A stretch of 64,000 bases of DNA from a virus (taxonomy: Duplodnaviria > Caudoviricetes). The DNA lies in IMG/VR virus record IMGVR_UViG_3300029288_007060, positions 1-64,000 of that record; one strand, given 5' to 3'. The position numbers were made by a program, and so were the translations under genes. This document shows positions 47,261-58,772 of this stretch, piece after piece; positions within the stretch are counted from its first letter, which is position 1; every line of letters begins with the position of its first letter. Below the pieces are notes generated by a model. It did no database searches. It was not told where the DNA came from and was given only the letters and a program-made list of their open reading frames with translations.

Positions 47261-48346
47261 TCACCGGGCTTCTTTTAAGATTTTAACAACAACATCTGCT
47301 ATTCTAACATATGATTTGCCATCTCCAGAAAAACAATACTTTGTAACATATTCTTTACATCCCTTAGAATTGGCAAAATAAGCATTGGCGTTTAAGACAC
47401 TGGCTAACTCACCCATATTAATATCTCTCATCGCATCTTTTGAATATGGCCAATTGGTTACATATTTTGTACGATTGATGTTCAAGAGAGGTTTCTCAAA
47501 CAATGGCGTCTCCATAGCTATACTGCTACGAACATTTAGAACCACATCACAGGCCTTAAAGGCCTTATATCCCTCGTCAGCTTTGACCACTACGGCATGC
47601 GGAGCAAATTTTTCCCAAGAATAAGCGCCCTTGTAGTATTCATGTTTGTGAATAATGCCAGGGCATACAGGCATTTTGGCTGTGTAGTCCATTGGATGCG
47701 CCTTAATCATTAGTTCGTAATCAGGGCACCTATCTTTAACTATTTTTGCTATTTGTGCGTATTCATTATCTACCCCTATCTGATGGTTTGCTTCTGCTGG
47801 ATTGGCCGGAGTAAGTAATGCTAGCTTTTTGTGTGAGTCCAAACCATATGATTTCATAAATTCTATTTTATCTACCTGAGTTGTGGCTGCAGCATCAAAA
47901 TGAATAGTGCCCGTAACAAAAATGTCCGCATAATGCCGAAATTTCTTCAGTATTTCATTTTTCATATACTGACTTTTTGCCGTGATATATTGTGCTGGAC
48001 ATTCTCGTACAGAAATATCAATGGCGGCGGGATCCAGCATAATAATTTTTCGTTTAGCGCTTCTGACACTACTTGCAATTTTGGCAGCAACGCCCTTGTA
48101 TGCAAACCTCGTCACCAATATATCTTCTTTATCTATAAGAGATAGTATTTCTGTCGTCTTTTTTATTATTTTTATATCTAGTGATTGATACACGACGGCG
48201 AGAGAAGGCTCAATCAACCGATAGTCTCCTTCCTGCAATACATACAAAGCTTGTAAATTTCTACTTTTTATCTCATTATATAATGGAATGTCCAAATAAG
48301 GAAATGTGGGAAGGAATTGATCACTAAACATTATCACCTTAGACAT
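47261..48346 (-). CDS. GT-B fold transferase (TagF/capsule-modification-like)
   Basis: VTG..FD, IKAHP, SSIAME..KP. Confidence 0.65.
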   Translation of the reverse strand: MSKVIMFSDQFLPTFPYLDIPLYNEIKSRNLQALYVLQEGDYRLIEPSLAVVYQSLDIKIIKKTTEILSLIDKEDILVTRFAYKGVAAKIASSVRSAKRKIIMLDPAAIDISVRECPAQYITAKSQYMKNEILKKFRHYADIFVTGTIHFDAAATTQVDKIEFMKSYGLDSHKKLALLTPANPAEANHQIGVDNEYAQIAKIVKDRCPDYELMIKAHPMDYTAKMPVCPGIIHKHEYYKGAYSWEKFAPHAVVVKADEGYKAFKACDVVLNVRSSIAMETPLFEKPLLNINRTKYVTNWPYSKDAMRDINMGELASVLNANAYFANSKGCKEYVTKYCFSGDGKSYVRIADVVVKILKEAR

Positions 48347-48396
48347 ATTGGCACTCCTTTTATAGTTTTAATAGACCGCCAAAAATAATCATATAT

Positions 48397-48996
48397 TTAT
48401 AAACTCTTGGTAAACGAGTCTTTGTGCTGCGTATATCTATATAGTGGAACTGGTATATTATAAATCTGTTTTCCGCTTTTTACAAAGCGTTGTCTAAAAT
48501 CAACATCTTCTCGCGGCAAATCAACATTGTACAGCCCCAATTCTACTACATGATCTAACTTATACATAACACCACAAGCTATTGGCCAAGTGGTACCATT
48601 CTTTCTGCATAATATTTTCTCATTTTCATCAACTTCTACATAATCTGAGCTTGTGGCGTCCATTTCGCCTTTGTTGCTCGATAGAAATAAATGATGCATC
48701 TTTAACCAATCCCGAGACACATAATCGTCTGCATCTAGTCTAATTATATAAGTGCCCATTGATAAGCGCAGGGCTTTGTTACAACTGGCTGCGACACCTA
48801 GATTCTTGTCGTTAAAAATTAATTTTGGCTGTGCCAAAAATGAGCAGAGAATAGACTTACTATTGTCCGTGCTATGATCGTCTATTATTATAATTTCATA
48901 TTCATCCTTATTAAATGATTGATTTATCACAGAACGAAATGCTCTTGCAATATATTTTTCATAATTATAATTAGTGATAATCACAGATATTTCCAT
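48397..48996 (-). CDS. glycosyltransferase family 2
   Basis: SVIITNYN, IDDHSTD, RLDADD, ED. Confidence 0.9.
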   Translation of the reverse strand: MEISVIITNYNYEKYIARAFRSVINQSFNKDEYEIIIIDDHSTDNSKSILCSFLAQPKLIFNDKNLGVAASCNKALRLSMGTYIIRLDADDYVSRDWLKMHHLFLSSNKGEMDATSSDYVEVDENEKILCRKNGTTWPIACGVMYKLDHVVELGLYNVDLPREDVDFRQRFVKSGKQIYNIPVPLYRYTQHKDSFTKSL

Positions 48997-49083
48997 TAAA
49001 CCGACCTCACAAAAAACCAACACTTTCAAAAATCTATGCGGGTATTCATCCACACAATTCTTAGAAAATATTAGTAGAAAATT

Positions 49084-49812
49084 CTATTGCCTAACAATTT
49101 TTCCGACATGTTTTGAAAATTGAACTAACTGACTGAGCTCATTTTTATTCAGCGAACAAATATGATCAAACCCTCCTGGTAAAGCCGACATTGCTTTGTC
49201 TAGTGTAAAATGAACCTCTATACATTTTGCCCCTCTAGATAAAGCAACCATGGCGGGATAAGGTGTCATGGCGTGAGACGAGAACCCATAATAAATAGAG
49301 TCCTTAAATGATTTTGGAAAATCAATATCGCAGTATTCCGTTGGATATTTTGCTATACAATAAAGATTGCGACAATTTGTATACTTAACATCAAATGGCT
49401 CTGCACCAAACCCAAGACTAACAAATGACTCTTTCCCAGATAATAGTATCTCCTCCGCCAGCTCTCTATTAAATTTCGAAACGCGTGATGCAACCTTATG
49501 CCTTTTAATCCCCATACTTTCTAGTTTAAGGAATCTTTCCCTATCAAATGCGGAACACCCAAATTCTATACCTTCTGTGTCGCACCACTTCATTAATTGT
49601 TCTATTTTATTTTCATTCAACTCAAACATCTTTACTTGTTCGTAAATTTCTTTATTATAAGTGTCTTTTGTTTCGTCTCCAAATAAATCAAAACAGCTAT
49701 ACCATTGAAATTTGGCAATATCAGCTCCGCATTCCGCGGCATCCGCTATAAGTTTTCTGGCAATATTCATATTTCCCATAAAATTAATGCCTATGTCTGC
49801 TATTATTAACAT
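49084..49812 (-). CDS. NeuB-family nonulosonic acid synthase (no SAF domain)
   Basis: IADIGIN..GAD..KFQ, KVAS, CIAKYP, GFSSH, IEVHFT. Confidence 0.88.
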   Translation of the reverse strand: MLIIADIGINFMGNMNIARKLIADAAECGADIAKFQWYSCFDLFGDETKDTYNKEIYEQVKMFELNENKIEQLMKWCDTEGIEFGCSAFDRERFLKLESMGIKRHKVASRVSKFNRELAEEILLSGKESFVSLGFGAEPFDVKYTNCRNLYCIAKYPTEYCDIDFPKSFKDSIYYGFSSHAMTPYPAMVALSRGAKCIEVHFTLDKAMSALPGGFDHICSLNKNELSQLVQFSKHVGKIVRQ

Positions 49813-49814
49813 TT

Positions 49815-51932
49815 TTATACTCCGTGGCAATCGTTGTCTATCATCTCTTTAACCAAATCTTCAAATTTATACTCGGGCTCCCACCCCAAAATTGATTTTG
49901 CTTTTGAGTAATCTCCAACCAAAACTTCTACCTCAGCTGGACGATAAAAATTTGGGTCTATTTCTGTGTAACACTCGTAATCTCCTAAACCGGCATACTC
50001 AAAGGCAGTTTTGCAAAAATGGCGAACCGTGTGAGTGATGCCTGTTGAAAGTATATAGTCATCTGGGTTATTGTGATTCATCATCATCCACATTCCTCTA
50101 ACCATATCTTTTGCATGCCCCCAGTCCCTCATAGCATCAAGGTTTCCCAGTCGTATTTTTTTAATCTTTCCCAATTTTATATCCCTGATTCCTAGTGTTA
50201 TTTTCCTTGTAACAAAATTGGGGCCTCTGCGAGGTGAGTTACCAACTATAATTGTTCCAACACCACCCATAAAATATCCAGACTCCGTACAGATGTCATA
50301 TACATAACCTAAATCTTTTTCTTGTAACTTCTTAATTTCTGTTCTATCTCTTAATAAATGATGTGATTGTTGAACCTGTTTGTTATTCTGCACTTTACGA
50401 ATAAATGTCCTAGAAATTCCTGTCTCTCGACAAATATATCTTTGTGAAAAACCTTTTTCGATAAGATTGCGTACTACCGATTCTTTGTTTGGGCCTTCGG
50501 GAGAGAGCAAATTAATAGAATAATAGTGCCCGTGTGGGCCATTCTCATACGTGATATTCCAATCTTGCCTAGTCACATTGCTAATTAACAGCAATAAACC
50601 TTGTGCTAGTTGGCCGCTATCAGTTTTGAAATTTTTATAAAGATAAGTGCATGGATTAGACTTTAATCCATCAGCCATATTGTATCCATTTAAAAAAGCT
50701 TCTTGTATTTCGATTGATGAGTTAAAGATTACTTCTGGCACTTTCTTTTGTCGTTCTGAATTATAAATATTATATCTTAAATCAGAAGCAATGGGCCAAT
50801 CTTTTACAGATAACAATCTGGTCTGTCTAGAATTACCATTATATCCAGAGTTATATATCTTTCCTAAAGTTACTCCCTTCCCAGTAATACAGTGCCATAA
50901 AAATTTGATACGTTTAATAATTGAAGGATTCATGTTCGATATATGAATTTGGGGAATTTCTCTCTCCGAAACCCAACCATCACCAACAATTAAACCAACC
51001 AGCTCAGCTTCTTCTTTTGTGAGAAAATACATTGGATTATCTTTTAGCTCTGGATATACTCCATGCTTTAACTTGGAACCCAACGTAAAGCTGTCAGCTC
51101 TAAGCCTTTCTCCATCTAAACTAAATAGCTTGTGATGTCTGGTGGTTTCCACTACACCGTGTCTTGTATTAGTAATCTGGCCATTAAAGTCAGGGTTATT
51201 GCCGTCTACTGGACGTACGGTGATGGCTTTTAATGCAACCCATTTTTCACCATCCCATATAGAGATGTTTTTTGTCTCAAAATTAACAGTGTTCTCATTA
51301 CCATTAAATTCTAGCAAATCTTTAACCCTCACTATATTTATCATATTAGAAGAGTCATTTTTAATCAATAAATTTGTGTGCTTATCCAAACATTCGTGAT
51401 TGAATAATATTCCATTACAAGCAAACATCTTGTAAGCTTCGCGATAATTAACTGTTGTCCAATATCCAAACAGTTTAGCTATTCCGTACGGAGATCTTGG
51501 ATGAAATGGAGAATTTTCTGTCATCTTTGATATTCCCGAAATTCCTCCAAATAGCTCTGATGTAGAGGCCTGATAAAATTTTGTATATATTCCAGAATTT
51601 CTAATAGCCTCTAAACAATTAAGAACGCCAATTCCTGTGCACTGTGCAGTATATATTGGCTGTTCAAACGACGAGCCTACATGACTTTGGGCCGCGAGAT
51701 TATAAAATTCATCCGGCCTAACTAATTTACACAGCTTATTAAGAGAGCTTGTATCTAAAATATCTCCTTCAACAATTTCAATAGAATTTTCCAAGTGTTT
51801 AGAACATCCTAGAGAGTTATCTGAGCTTCGGCGCCTAAGCCCGTATACTTTATAGTTTTTTTCCAGCAAAAGTTCCGACAAGTAGCTTCCGTCTTGTCCG
51901 GTAACACCTGTTATTATAGCATTTTTTTGCAT
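49815..51932 (-). CDS. gmd: GDP-mannose 4,6-dehydratase containing an intein
   Basis: [34 protein letters not shown]|intein|[15 protein letters not shown]. Confidence 0.93.
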   Translation of the reverse strand: MQKNAIITGVTGQDGSYLSELLLEKNYKVYGLRRRSSDNSLGCSKHLENSIEIVEGDILDTSSLNKLCKLVRPDEFYNLAAQSHVGSSFEQPIYTAQCTGIGVLNCLEAIRNSGIYTKFYQASTSELFGGISGISKMTENSPFHPRSPYGIAKLFGYWTTVNYREAYKMFACNGILFNHECLDKHTNLLIKNDSSNMINIVRVKDLLEFNGNENTVNFETKNISIWDGEKWVALKAITVRPVDGNNPDFNGQITNTRHGVVETTRHHKLFSLDGERLRADSFTLGSKLKHGVYPELKDNPMYFLTKEEAELVGLIVGDGWVSEREIPQIHISNMNPSIIKRIKFLWHCITGKGVTLGKIYNSGYNGNSRQTRLLSVKDWPIASDLRYNIYNSERQKKVPEVIFNSSIEIQEAFLNGYNMADGLKSNPCTYLYKNFKTDSGQLAQGLLLLISNVTRQDWNITYENGPHGHYYSINLLSPEGPNKESVVRNLIEKGFSQRYICRETGISRTFIRKVQNNKQVQQSHHLLRDRTEIKKLQEKDLGYVYDICTESGYFMGGVGTIIVGNSPRRGPNFVTRKITLGIRDIKLGKIKKIRLGNLDAMRDWGHAKDMVRGMWMMMNHNNPDDYILSTGITHTVRHFCKTAFEYAGLGDYECYTEIDPNFYRPAEVEVLVGDYSKAKSILGWEPEYKFEDLVKEMIDNDCHGV
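50238..51392 (-). mobile_element. intein (385 aa) with LAGLIDADG homing endonuclease
   Basis: Splits conserved NHE/SPRR; starts CL, block B Txx[10 protein letters not shown] and [10 protein letters not shown], ends VYDI...IVGN before Ser. Confidence 0.92.
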
Positions 51933-51933
51933 A

Positions 51934-52497
51934 TTAGTATCCTAACTGTTTCCATTCATTTTCAAGCAATGACATTACTATTGAATTTCCATATTTGCCA
52001 TTATGAAAAAAATTGTCTCTTAAAATACCCTCGTCTTTAAACCCCAACTTTCTATATAAATGAATTGAATCATTTCCCTCATAGACCTCGGCCCATATTT
52101 TGTGCAAATTTAACTCATTAAACCCATAATTATATAATAAAATTAGCGCGTCCTTGCCCTTGCCCTCTCCTATATCTTTTCCTAAAAACACTCCAAATTC
52201 TGCAGAACGAAGCCTCCAGTCTATATAATGTAGGCCAGTACACCCGATAAGATATCTTTCTTCGATTCTTAAATCTTCCGAAACAAAATCAAAATTTTTA
52301 CTCATAATTTGGAAATAAACATGGTCTTTGTTAGAGTTGTTGCCTCTTTCCTCGTACCACTTATCCTGCGTGTCTTTTGTGATATCTCTATATTCCCTAA
52401 ACCATTGGCGCTTTTTTGGGTCATTTCTCCACTGTCTCATTTGTTCGATATTTTTCTTATCTATTTCTTCTAAAACTACTTTATTTCCTACTAACAT
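51934..52497 (-). CDS. GNAT acetyltransferase (PseH/RimL-like)
   Basis: [27 protein letters not shown]. Confidence 0.85.
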   Translation of the reverse strand: MLVGNKVVLEEIDKKNIEQMRQWRNDPKKRQWFREYRDITKDTQDKWYEERGNNSNKDHVYFQIMSKNFDFVSEDLRIEERYLIGCTGLHYIDWRLRSAEFGVFLGKDIGEGKGKDALILLYNYGFNELNLHKIWAEVYEGNDSIHLYRKLGFKDEGILRDNFFHNGKYGNSIVMSLLENEWKQLGY

Positions 52498-52630
52498 TTA
52501 AATACTCCCTGTGCCAATATTTATCATTTTATAACTAACTTTTCATCAAATAAATTATACCATATGAACTCTGCTAACGCGCTTTCATATTTTCTTATAC
52601 TACAGAAATTGATAATACCAATTGCCATCA

Positions 52631-53251
52631 TTAAAGTTTTACAACCAATAGCTCTCTAGCTCCATTGGTTCTAACATCCGCTGGCAACTCAATTACCTCT
52701 GGTTCGTATCCAATCTTACGATAAACACCAACCAAATCCTGATTCCACTGTATTTGGTTGGACACCTTATAGCTTGGTTTTAGCTCTTTAGGCCCGGCGC
52801 AAACATCACCACTTCCTAATTGCTCCATATGCATTACGTATTTGTTTGCCTTATCAGCAATCTTACGAACAGCATTCTCTAATTCGTTTGGGGTTATATG
52901 AATCAACACACCACTTGTAAAAACCAGATCGGCTTTCTTGTTGAGTTGCGGCAAATTATGCAAATCAAGTTCCACCAAATCACACTCAGGCAGCTTATTA
53001 CGCGCAAATTCCACCGCGAGATGATTAACCTCAATGCCCGAAATACTAACTATCGGAAATACATCTTTAATATACTTTAGGTTGCGTCCAGATAAAAACC
53101 CAATCTCCATCACTGAGTCAAAATCATAATTTTTTAACACATCACAAAACCATAAACTACGCTTTGTTGCTGGTGGTGAAATCCAATACGCATTAATCGT
53201 ATCCATCTTAACCGTGGACCAAAATTTAGTCTGTAATTCGTTGCTAATCAT
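52631..53251 (-). CDS. SAM methyltransferase (pseudaminic-acid-cluster type)
   Basis: EIGxxxGRNL, GIEVN, DLVFTSGVLIHI. Confidence 0.82.
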   Translation of the reverse strand: MISNELQTKFWSTVKMDTINAYWISPPATKRSLWFCDVLKNYDFDSVMEIGFLSGRNLKYIKDVFPIVSISGIEVNHLAVEFARNKLPECDLVELDLHNLPQLNKKADLVFTSGVLIHITPNELENAVRKIADKANKYVMHMEQLGSGDVCAGPKELKPSYKVSNQIQWNQDLVGVYRKIGYEPEVIELPADVRTNGARELLVVKL

Positions 53252-53263
53252 CCTTTGCTCCTT

Positions 53264-54055
53264 TTATACAAATACATTACTTAAACGGCTCTTGATTGGC
53301 GCCTTCAGCAAACCATCCGAAAAATCAACCACCTTAATCGAACCAAAAATAGTAGGTATTAGCTTATCAATTAGCTCCGCAGATTCTTTAAAGTATTGCA
53401 ATGTTTTGACTCGTTTTCCGTTCAATTCTACTTCAATTATCTGGTGCGCATTTTTTGGTTTTACTTTAGCTGGCCTATTGCGATACACATCATCCTTGTA
53501 GAAATGATCAAACTCATCTTTGAAACACAAATCGGCACCTATAGTATACACTTCTTTGGCACCTAAAATGGTTGCTAAATGAATCGCGCACAACATTACC
53601 GTTCCAAGGCTAAAACCCTGTGTTCCTGGAGCGCCCTGAAGCAACCCCTCTTCGCTTCCGTTATTATATCTCCTTATGTCAACACCGCCAGTATTACAAA
53701 ATGACGCACGATTAGACTTGTGTGTGTTGTATTTTCTGTCATAATACTCAATGCCCTTCCAGTTCAAAATACGCACAACATCTGTTCTGTATTCGCCACA
53801 ATTTAACCACTTATATACTTCATTGGTAGAGGTCTTACTGGTTTTTTCTGTTACCAAATGAATGTCAGCCTGTTGGTCAAACTCCTTAAATGCGTAATTA
53901 CACGCTATTATTGCATCAAAATACTTCCTTATTAATTGTTTATAAGGTATTAGCTGATTTGTGCTTGGGCCACTACCAATAATAAGCACCTTCGATCCTG
54001 GAAATTTGCCTTCTATTGCGGCAGGTGTAGGATAATTCAAATCTTCATATGACAT
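53264..54055 (-). CDS. DUF115/Maf-like (sialyltransferase-type fold) protein
   Basis: IIGSGPS, IIACN, TV..AIHLA..LGA.EVY.IGADL..HFY. Confidence 0.75.
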   Translation of the reverse strand: MSYEDLNYPTPAAIEGKFPGSKVLIIGSGPSTNQLIPYKQLIRKYFDAIIACNYAFKEFDQQADIHLVTEKTSKTSTNEVYKWLNCGEYRTDVVRILNWKGIEYYDRKYNTHKSNRASFCNTGGVDIRRYNNGSEEGLLQGAPGTQGFSLGTVMLCAIHLATILGAKEVYTIGADLCFKDEFDHFYKDDVYRNRPAKVKPKNAHQIIEVELNGKRVKTLQYFKESAELIDKLIPTIFGSIKVVDFSDGLLKAPIKSRLSNVFV

Positions 54056-55227
54056 TATAACTCCAAAAGTCGTTGTTGAACTCTGCTGTATGCTTGCTTA
54101 TCATCCAATATTCCATGATACTCTTCAACAAACTTGCGTTTGTTTTCTATATCGCTATTATTCATTTGCTTTAGTATCGTGTCCTCTAATAATTCTGCAT
54201 TTCTTGTGTCTATCAATTCTGCGGCCTTACTATTAACTGTGTAAAATGGATCATATTCTGATGGAGATACCTGAGTTCGAACCAATACGAGGGGTTTTCT
54301 TAAAATACACGACTCAACCTCTACAGTCGATGTTCCATGCGTTACAATGGTATCGGCAAACAAATAACGGTATATATGCCAGGCCGAACTATTTATAGTA
54401 TACACGTTGTCACTTTTAATCGCCTTCATATAATCGCTATAATAACCAGCAAGCCATTCCCATTTTGAGGAGTAACCATCAAAAAACTTAATAGAAGCAT
54501 CAATCGGCGCTTTTACTTTTAGCATTATTAACCAGTTATGCTTTCTGGCTAATCTTTCAAGCTCTATAATAGTCCAATAATAGTCTTCATTATGCTTATG
54601 GAAATCAACCGAACCATATGGGCCAAACCCGAAGAACAATATCACTTTAGATGGATTTTTGATCCTTGTCTGTGATATAATCTTATCCTTATACTTATTG
54701 GTATAATCTGAAGTTAATAAATCTAGTTGTGGCATTGCGTTTAGTAGTATTTTTTTCTCATCAAACGTTCTGTCTGCAAATTTAAGCCAGGGTTTAAACA
54801 TGTTGCCAGCGCCACAATATAAATCACAGCCACTCCATGTTGCGTTAACCCTTGGCGTCATATTAGTTTCTTGAGTTATTTTAATGGCATCTGTTCCTAT
54901 CAACCCATGTGATACATATACTCTTTTGCATTTCACAAATGATGGCATATCTGGAACGGAAGAGGCTATTATGTGTGGATTAAACCATTTGACGATATTT
55001 TCTAATTCCTTCTCCCATTGTGCGCACTGTTTTCTGTTTTTATATGGAGTGATATGTTGTATATTTGTAATTCCAAACTCAGAATATGTTCCGGCTGTAT
55101 TTACTGCCTCTTCTGGCCGTGGGGCCAAAACCATCTCTTCTAAATCCGTATGCGGAACAAAGCTCTCGAACACTCTGCTTTGTATTGGCATGCGTATTTC
55201 GTACAATATCCGTTTAGACATACACAC
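54055..55227 (-). CDS. GT-B fold transferase (TagF-like), paralog of 55240-56337
   Basis: YVSHG, CDLYCGA, PQLD, HNEDY, STVEVE. Confidence 0.65.
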   Translation of the reverse strand: MCMSKRILYEIRMPIQSRVFESFVPHTDLEEMVLAPRPEEAVNTAGTYSEFGITNIQHITPYKNRKQCAQWEKELENIVKWFNPHIIASSVPDMPSFVKCKRVYVSHGLIGTDAIKITQETNMTPRVNATWSGCDLYCGAGNMFKPWLKFADRTFDEKKILLNAMPQLDLLTSDYTNKYKDKIISQTRIKNPSKVILFFGFGPYGSVDFHKHNEDYYWTIIELERLARKHNWLIMLKVKAPIDASIKFFDGYSSKWEWLAGYYSDYMKAIKSDNVYTINSSAWHIYRYLFADTIVTHGTSTVEVESCILRKPLVLVRTQVSPSEYDPFYTVNSKAAELIDTRNAELLEDTILKQMNNSDIENKRKFVEEYHGILDDKQAYSRVQQRLLEL

Positions 55228-55239
55228 CTTTTGTATATG

Positions 55240-56337
55240 TTATAGACTACAGATGCCGTCTATAACACGATTGTGCATTTCCCCATCAATAGTAAGCCCC
55301 ACCCTTGACAAAAATAACGCCTGGTTGTTAAGTTTATCTTGAGGATTTAACAACGCCTGATTAATACTACACTCCATGTCGTTAATATTCTTAACCCTAA
55401 AACAAGTATCGTCTATTTTATCTGTAAAAGCAAACTCGCCCAATGCGTCCTTTTTGGTGTTAACTATAATCAATTGCTTGCCCAACGCGTATGACTCGAC
55501 CTCAATAGTAGAACATCCATTTATTACCATCAAATCACTGGCAGCATAATAATTAGACAAACCGCATGATGTCTTGATGAATCTTACAAACGGACTACTC
55601 TGCAGCTTGGCATATGGCTCAATATACTGTTTTGTCCATCCGCCCCAATGCGCCTTGTGTGTTGTAAGAAATTCATGCATTTTTTTATATACCTGTCTCG
55701 GCTTAATTAATATAAGCCAACCATTTCTACTTGCTATTCGTTCAAGCTCGATACACGTCTTAAAATAATCTTCGTTGTGGTCATTAAAATCAACCCTGTC
55801 TCTGCAACAAAAACCACCAAAGAAAATCGTTGTTTTACCCTCACACCCTACAAGACTCTTAGTATTTAAACCTCTCAATTCAAATACACTATCTAATTGC
55901 GGTATTGCGTTCGTTAATACGTTAGAGCCTGGGCTTACAGAACCAATCCAATCTTTAAAAACATTTGTTGCGCCACAATACAAATCGCAGCCTCGCCAAA
56001 GATCCATATTCCACTTATCTTTGCGCACCATATCCTTAACATGCCTGCCAACCATTCCATGAGATATATAGATGCGCTTACACTTTGGCGTTAATTTAAT
56101 TCCTCTCGTTAAGTTGCTAAAATCTGCCTGAATAAAACAATCTGGTTCAAACTTATTAATTATTTTCTGAGCCTCTCCTGAGTTTTGATAGTAACATATA
56201 TTGCGTATTTTCATCCTTCCGTAGTGATTTTGTGGGCTGTCTGGTTTTGGCCCAACAATTAGGTTGTCATTATTATTATTAAATGATTCAAAAACGCGCT
56301 GATGTGCAATTGAAGACAGCATATAAATAAATTTCAC
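55240..56337 (-). CDS. GT-B fold transferase (TagF-like)
   Basis: YISHG, CDLYCGA, PQLD, HNEDY, STIEVE. Confidence 0.65.
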   Translation of the reverse strand: MKFIYMLSSIAHQRVFESFNNNNDNLIVGPKPDSPQNHYGRMKIRNICYYQNSGEAQKIINKFEPDCFIQADFSNLTRGIKLTPKCKRIYISHGMVGRHVKDMVRKDKWNMDLWRGCDLYCGATNVFKDWIGSVSPGSNVLTNAIPQLDSVFELRGLNTKSLVGCEGKTTIFFGGFCCRDRVDFNDHNEDYFKTCIELERIASRNGWLILIKPRQVYKKMHEFLTTHKAHWGGWTKQYIEPYAKLQSSPFVRFIKTSCGLSNYYAASDLMVINGCSTIEVESYALGKQLIIVNTKKDALGEFAFTDKIDDTCFRVKNINDMECSINQALLNPQDKLNNQALFLSRVGLTIDGEMHNRVIDGICSL

Positions 56338-57431
56338 TTTTCCATCCTTATTGAATCTGATAACAACACATTACTTTTTATTATCTCGCACACCCTCTTG
56401 CAAAAACCACCATCTACTGGTCCCATATACTTTGTAATTACGTCCGATGAATCTAGAATAGGAACATCGCCTTTTGCGAGTTCTACCAACTCTTGTATAT
56501 TATACACCGTTGGCACACTACTTTCAACATCATACTTATTGTACCCTACGTTTGTCCTTCCGGGTAAAAAATTTATCGTAGGCTTCTTTAATAGCAATGC
56601 CTCTAGTATGGTTGTGGAAACTCCACATGCCACAACTATATCGGCCAAGTACAACATTTCCTTTAGCGCAGAGCCATCGAACCTAGGCTGCTTAAGAACC
56701 ATTATACCATTCCTGTCCCTGAGCCAGTACTTTCTAAGCAAATCATCCGACCTTTTAAGCTTAACCGAGCTCTTTTTCACCTTGCTGTAATACCTATGCG
56801 AATAAGGGTGTGGCTTTATTACCACACAGGTATCTTTATCCTTAGCAATTTCCTCTAACGCCGGTATTACTTCATTTAATTCATCTGTTGCATCTATATA
56901 CTCGCCGCCATTCGTATCTGAAAACAGAAGCGGCCCAAACGCAGGAAAAAACACTACCCTCTTGCTACCATCCAGACTGTACTTTTTTCTAAGCCCCTCT
57001 TTTGATAATTTAGACAACGAAATATACTGTTCAAATCTTACATACCCTGTTATTTCACACTTTGTTCTATCTTTCCACAGATCTGCATATTTTTGTCCGG
57101 CAGCCAACACTACGTCTGGACAAAAATAATAATCTCCGTGCCTCCTTTTCATATCTTCATAGTAAAAAAAGGCATGCTTAGACGACTCTACGACGATAGG
57201 CTCTCTAGACGCCATGAAAATCTTAAGTCCTTTGTTCCTGTACTCTCTTAGCAGTTCTTGATTTTCCCAACAATCCCCAGTTAACACGAACTTGAAGTTA
57301 TCTATATTAGAACTGTGTGGACTGATAGACTCAACTAAATTAACTCCGAATTCTTTGGGATTCCACAAGGTGGTATCGCTATAGTCTGTTATGCGCGTCT
57401 TCTTATCTATGTGGAAAATGCCATTTATCAT
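56334..57431 (-). CDS. GT-B fold transferase (TagF/capsule-like)
   Basis: ITGYxRF, IKPHP, STTILEALLLKKP. Confidence 0.65.
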   Translation of the reverse strand: MINGIFHIDKKTRITDYSDTTLWNPKEFGVNLVESISPHSSNIDNFKFVLTGDCWENQELLREYRNKGLKIFMASREPIVVESSKHAFFYYEDMKRRHGDYYFCPDVVLAAGQKYADLWKDRTKCEITGYVRFEQYISLSKLSKEGLRKKYSLDGSKRVVFFPAFGPLLFSDTNGGEYIDATDELNEVIPALEEIAKDKDTCVVIKPHPYSHRYYSKVKKSSVKLKRSDDLLRKYWLRDRNGIMVLKQPRFDGSALKEMLYLADIVVACGVSTTILEALLLKKPTINFLPGRTNVGYNKYDVESSVPTVYNIQELVELAKGDVPILDSSDVITKYMGPVDGGFCKRVCEIIKSNVLLSDSIRMEK

Positions 57432-57439
57432 ACGCGCCT

Positions 57440-58189
57440 CTATACTCTGACCGGAATGTTATACTTACTCATCTCTATTTTACAATCTGTGGGTGTAATG
57501 CTCGTGAAATGGAATAAACTAGAAATCGCCACTGCATCAGCTCCCTTTTGGATGGCAGAAACACAATCATTAACGCCTGACGCGCCGCCACATAATACTA
57601 CTGGTACATTAAATCTACTCACTGCATCTATCAAGCTCAAATCAAACCCACACATCTTACCGTCTCTATCTACACTATTAATTATTATCTCTCCTGCCCC
57701 ACAAGCCTTAACGCTATCTAAATAAGGCTCCAGTTCTATACTAACACCTCTGCTATGTGAGTAGGCATAGAATTGGTTGCTGCACTTTACATCTATAGAC
57801 AACACTATACACTGGCTACCAAATACGTCCGCGGCCTCTTTTATAAACTCGCTGCCACCGAAGGCGGCGGAATTAATAACCACTCTATCTGCTCCTGCCA
57901 TCAACACATTTTCTATATCTTTGCATGACTTTATACCGCCGCCGACAGTGAGCGGCATAAAACACTCTTCGGCCATTTCACTTATTGTTGAGATATCTAT
58001 CGTTCTTCCCTCTTTTGATGCATCTATATCTAGAATCACTAGCTCGTCTACATCCCTGGAATTATACACTCTAACCAATGATATCGGATTACCCAGATTA
58101 CGTCTAACTCCAAACTCTATGGTCTTAACAACAGAGTAGTTACTATCTATCAAAATAACTGGTATAACCCTATGCTTTAACACCAGCAA
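57440..58189 (-). CDS. HisF-like cyclase subunit of glycan amidation module (WbuZ-like)
   Basis: RVIP, DEL..LDI, MPLTVGGGI, GAGEI..SVDRDG. Confidence 0.9.
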   Translation of the reverse strand: MLVLKHRVIPVILIDSNYSVVKTIEFGVRRNLGNPISLVRVYNSRDVDELVILDIDASKEGRTIDISTISEMAEECFMPLTVGGGIKSCKDIENVLMAGADRVVINSAAFGGSEFIKEAADVFGSQCIVLSIDVKCSNQFYAYSHSRGVSIELEPYLDSVKACGAGEIIINSVDRDGKMCGFDLSLIDAVSRFNVPVVLCGGASGVNDCVSAIQKGADAVAISSLFHFTSITPTDCKIEMSKYNIPVRV

Positions 58190-58772
58190 ACTCCTTTAAT
58201 ACAGCCATTCCAGCACCTCTACTCTTCTCCGGATGAAACTGCGTGCCACATATGTGCCCCTTCTGAAATGCCGACACAAAGCTCACTCCATATTCTGTGG
58301 TTGCGTATTTACAGTCTTCGGCCAACTCAACACAGTAGCTATGAACGAAATAGAAGCATGGTTTAACTACACCCTTTAATATGCCCACTTCGCCAACACT
58401 TACATCATTCCATCCGACATGCGGTAGCCTATACTTGTCGCCACACCCGAGTCTTTTAACCGTGCCTTTAATCAGTCCTAGCCCTGAAGACAAACCACCC
58501 TCTTCTCCATTATCCATAAGTATCTGCGCGCCCAAGCAAATGCCAAGTATGGGCTTGCCTTGCAACACCTCATTGATCAAACACTCTCGAAGCCCCGTCG
58601 CGGACAACTTCTTTGATGCGCTCTTAAAAGACCCTACGCCAGGAAGTATAATACGATCAAACTCATGCAAATCATCACCTTTAGTAACAATAGAATTATC
58701 TAAACCCAAACTATTTAATGCGTTCGCCACACTAACAACATTACTCATACCCAAATCAATTATGGCAATCAT
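58170..58772 (-). CDS. HisH-like glutamine amidotransferase (WbuY-like)
   Basis: LPGVG, GICLG, PHVGWN, YFVHSY, QFHPEKS. Confidence 0.92.
   Translation of the reverse strand: MIAIIDLGMSNVVSVANALNSLGLDNSIVTKGDDLHEFDRIILPGVGSFKSASKKLSATGLRECLINEVLQGKPILGICLGAQILMDNGEEGGLSSGLGLIKGTVKRLGCGDKYRLPHVGWNDVSVGEVGILKGVVKPCFYFVHSYCVELAEDCKYATTEYGVSFVSAFQKGHICGTQFHPEKSRGAGMAVLKEFAGVKA

Noticed and set aside
57440-58772. Histidine biosynthesis hisF/hisH
   Set aside because: Adjacent to a WbuX-type amidotransferase inside a glycan cluster with no other his genes
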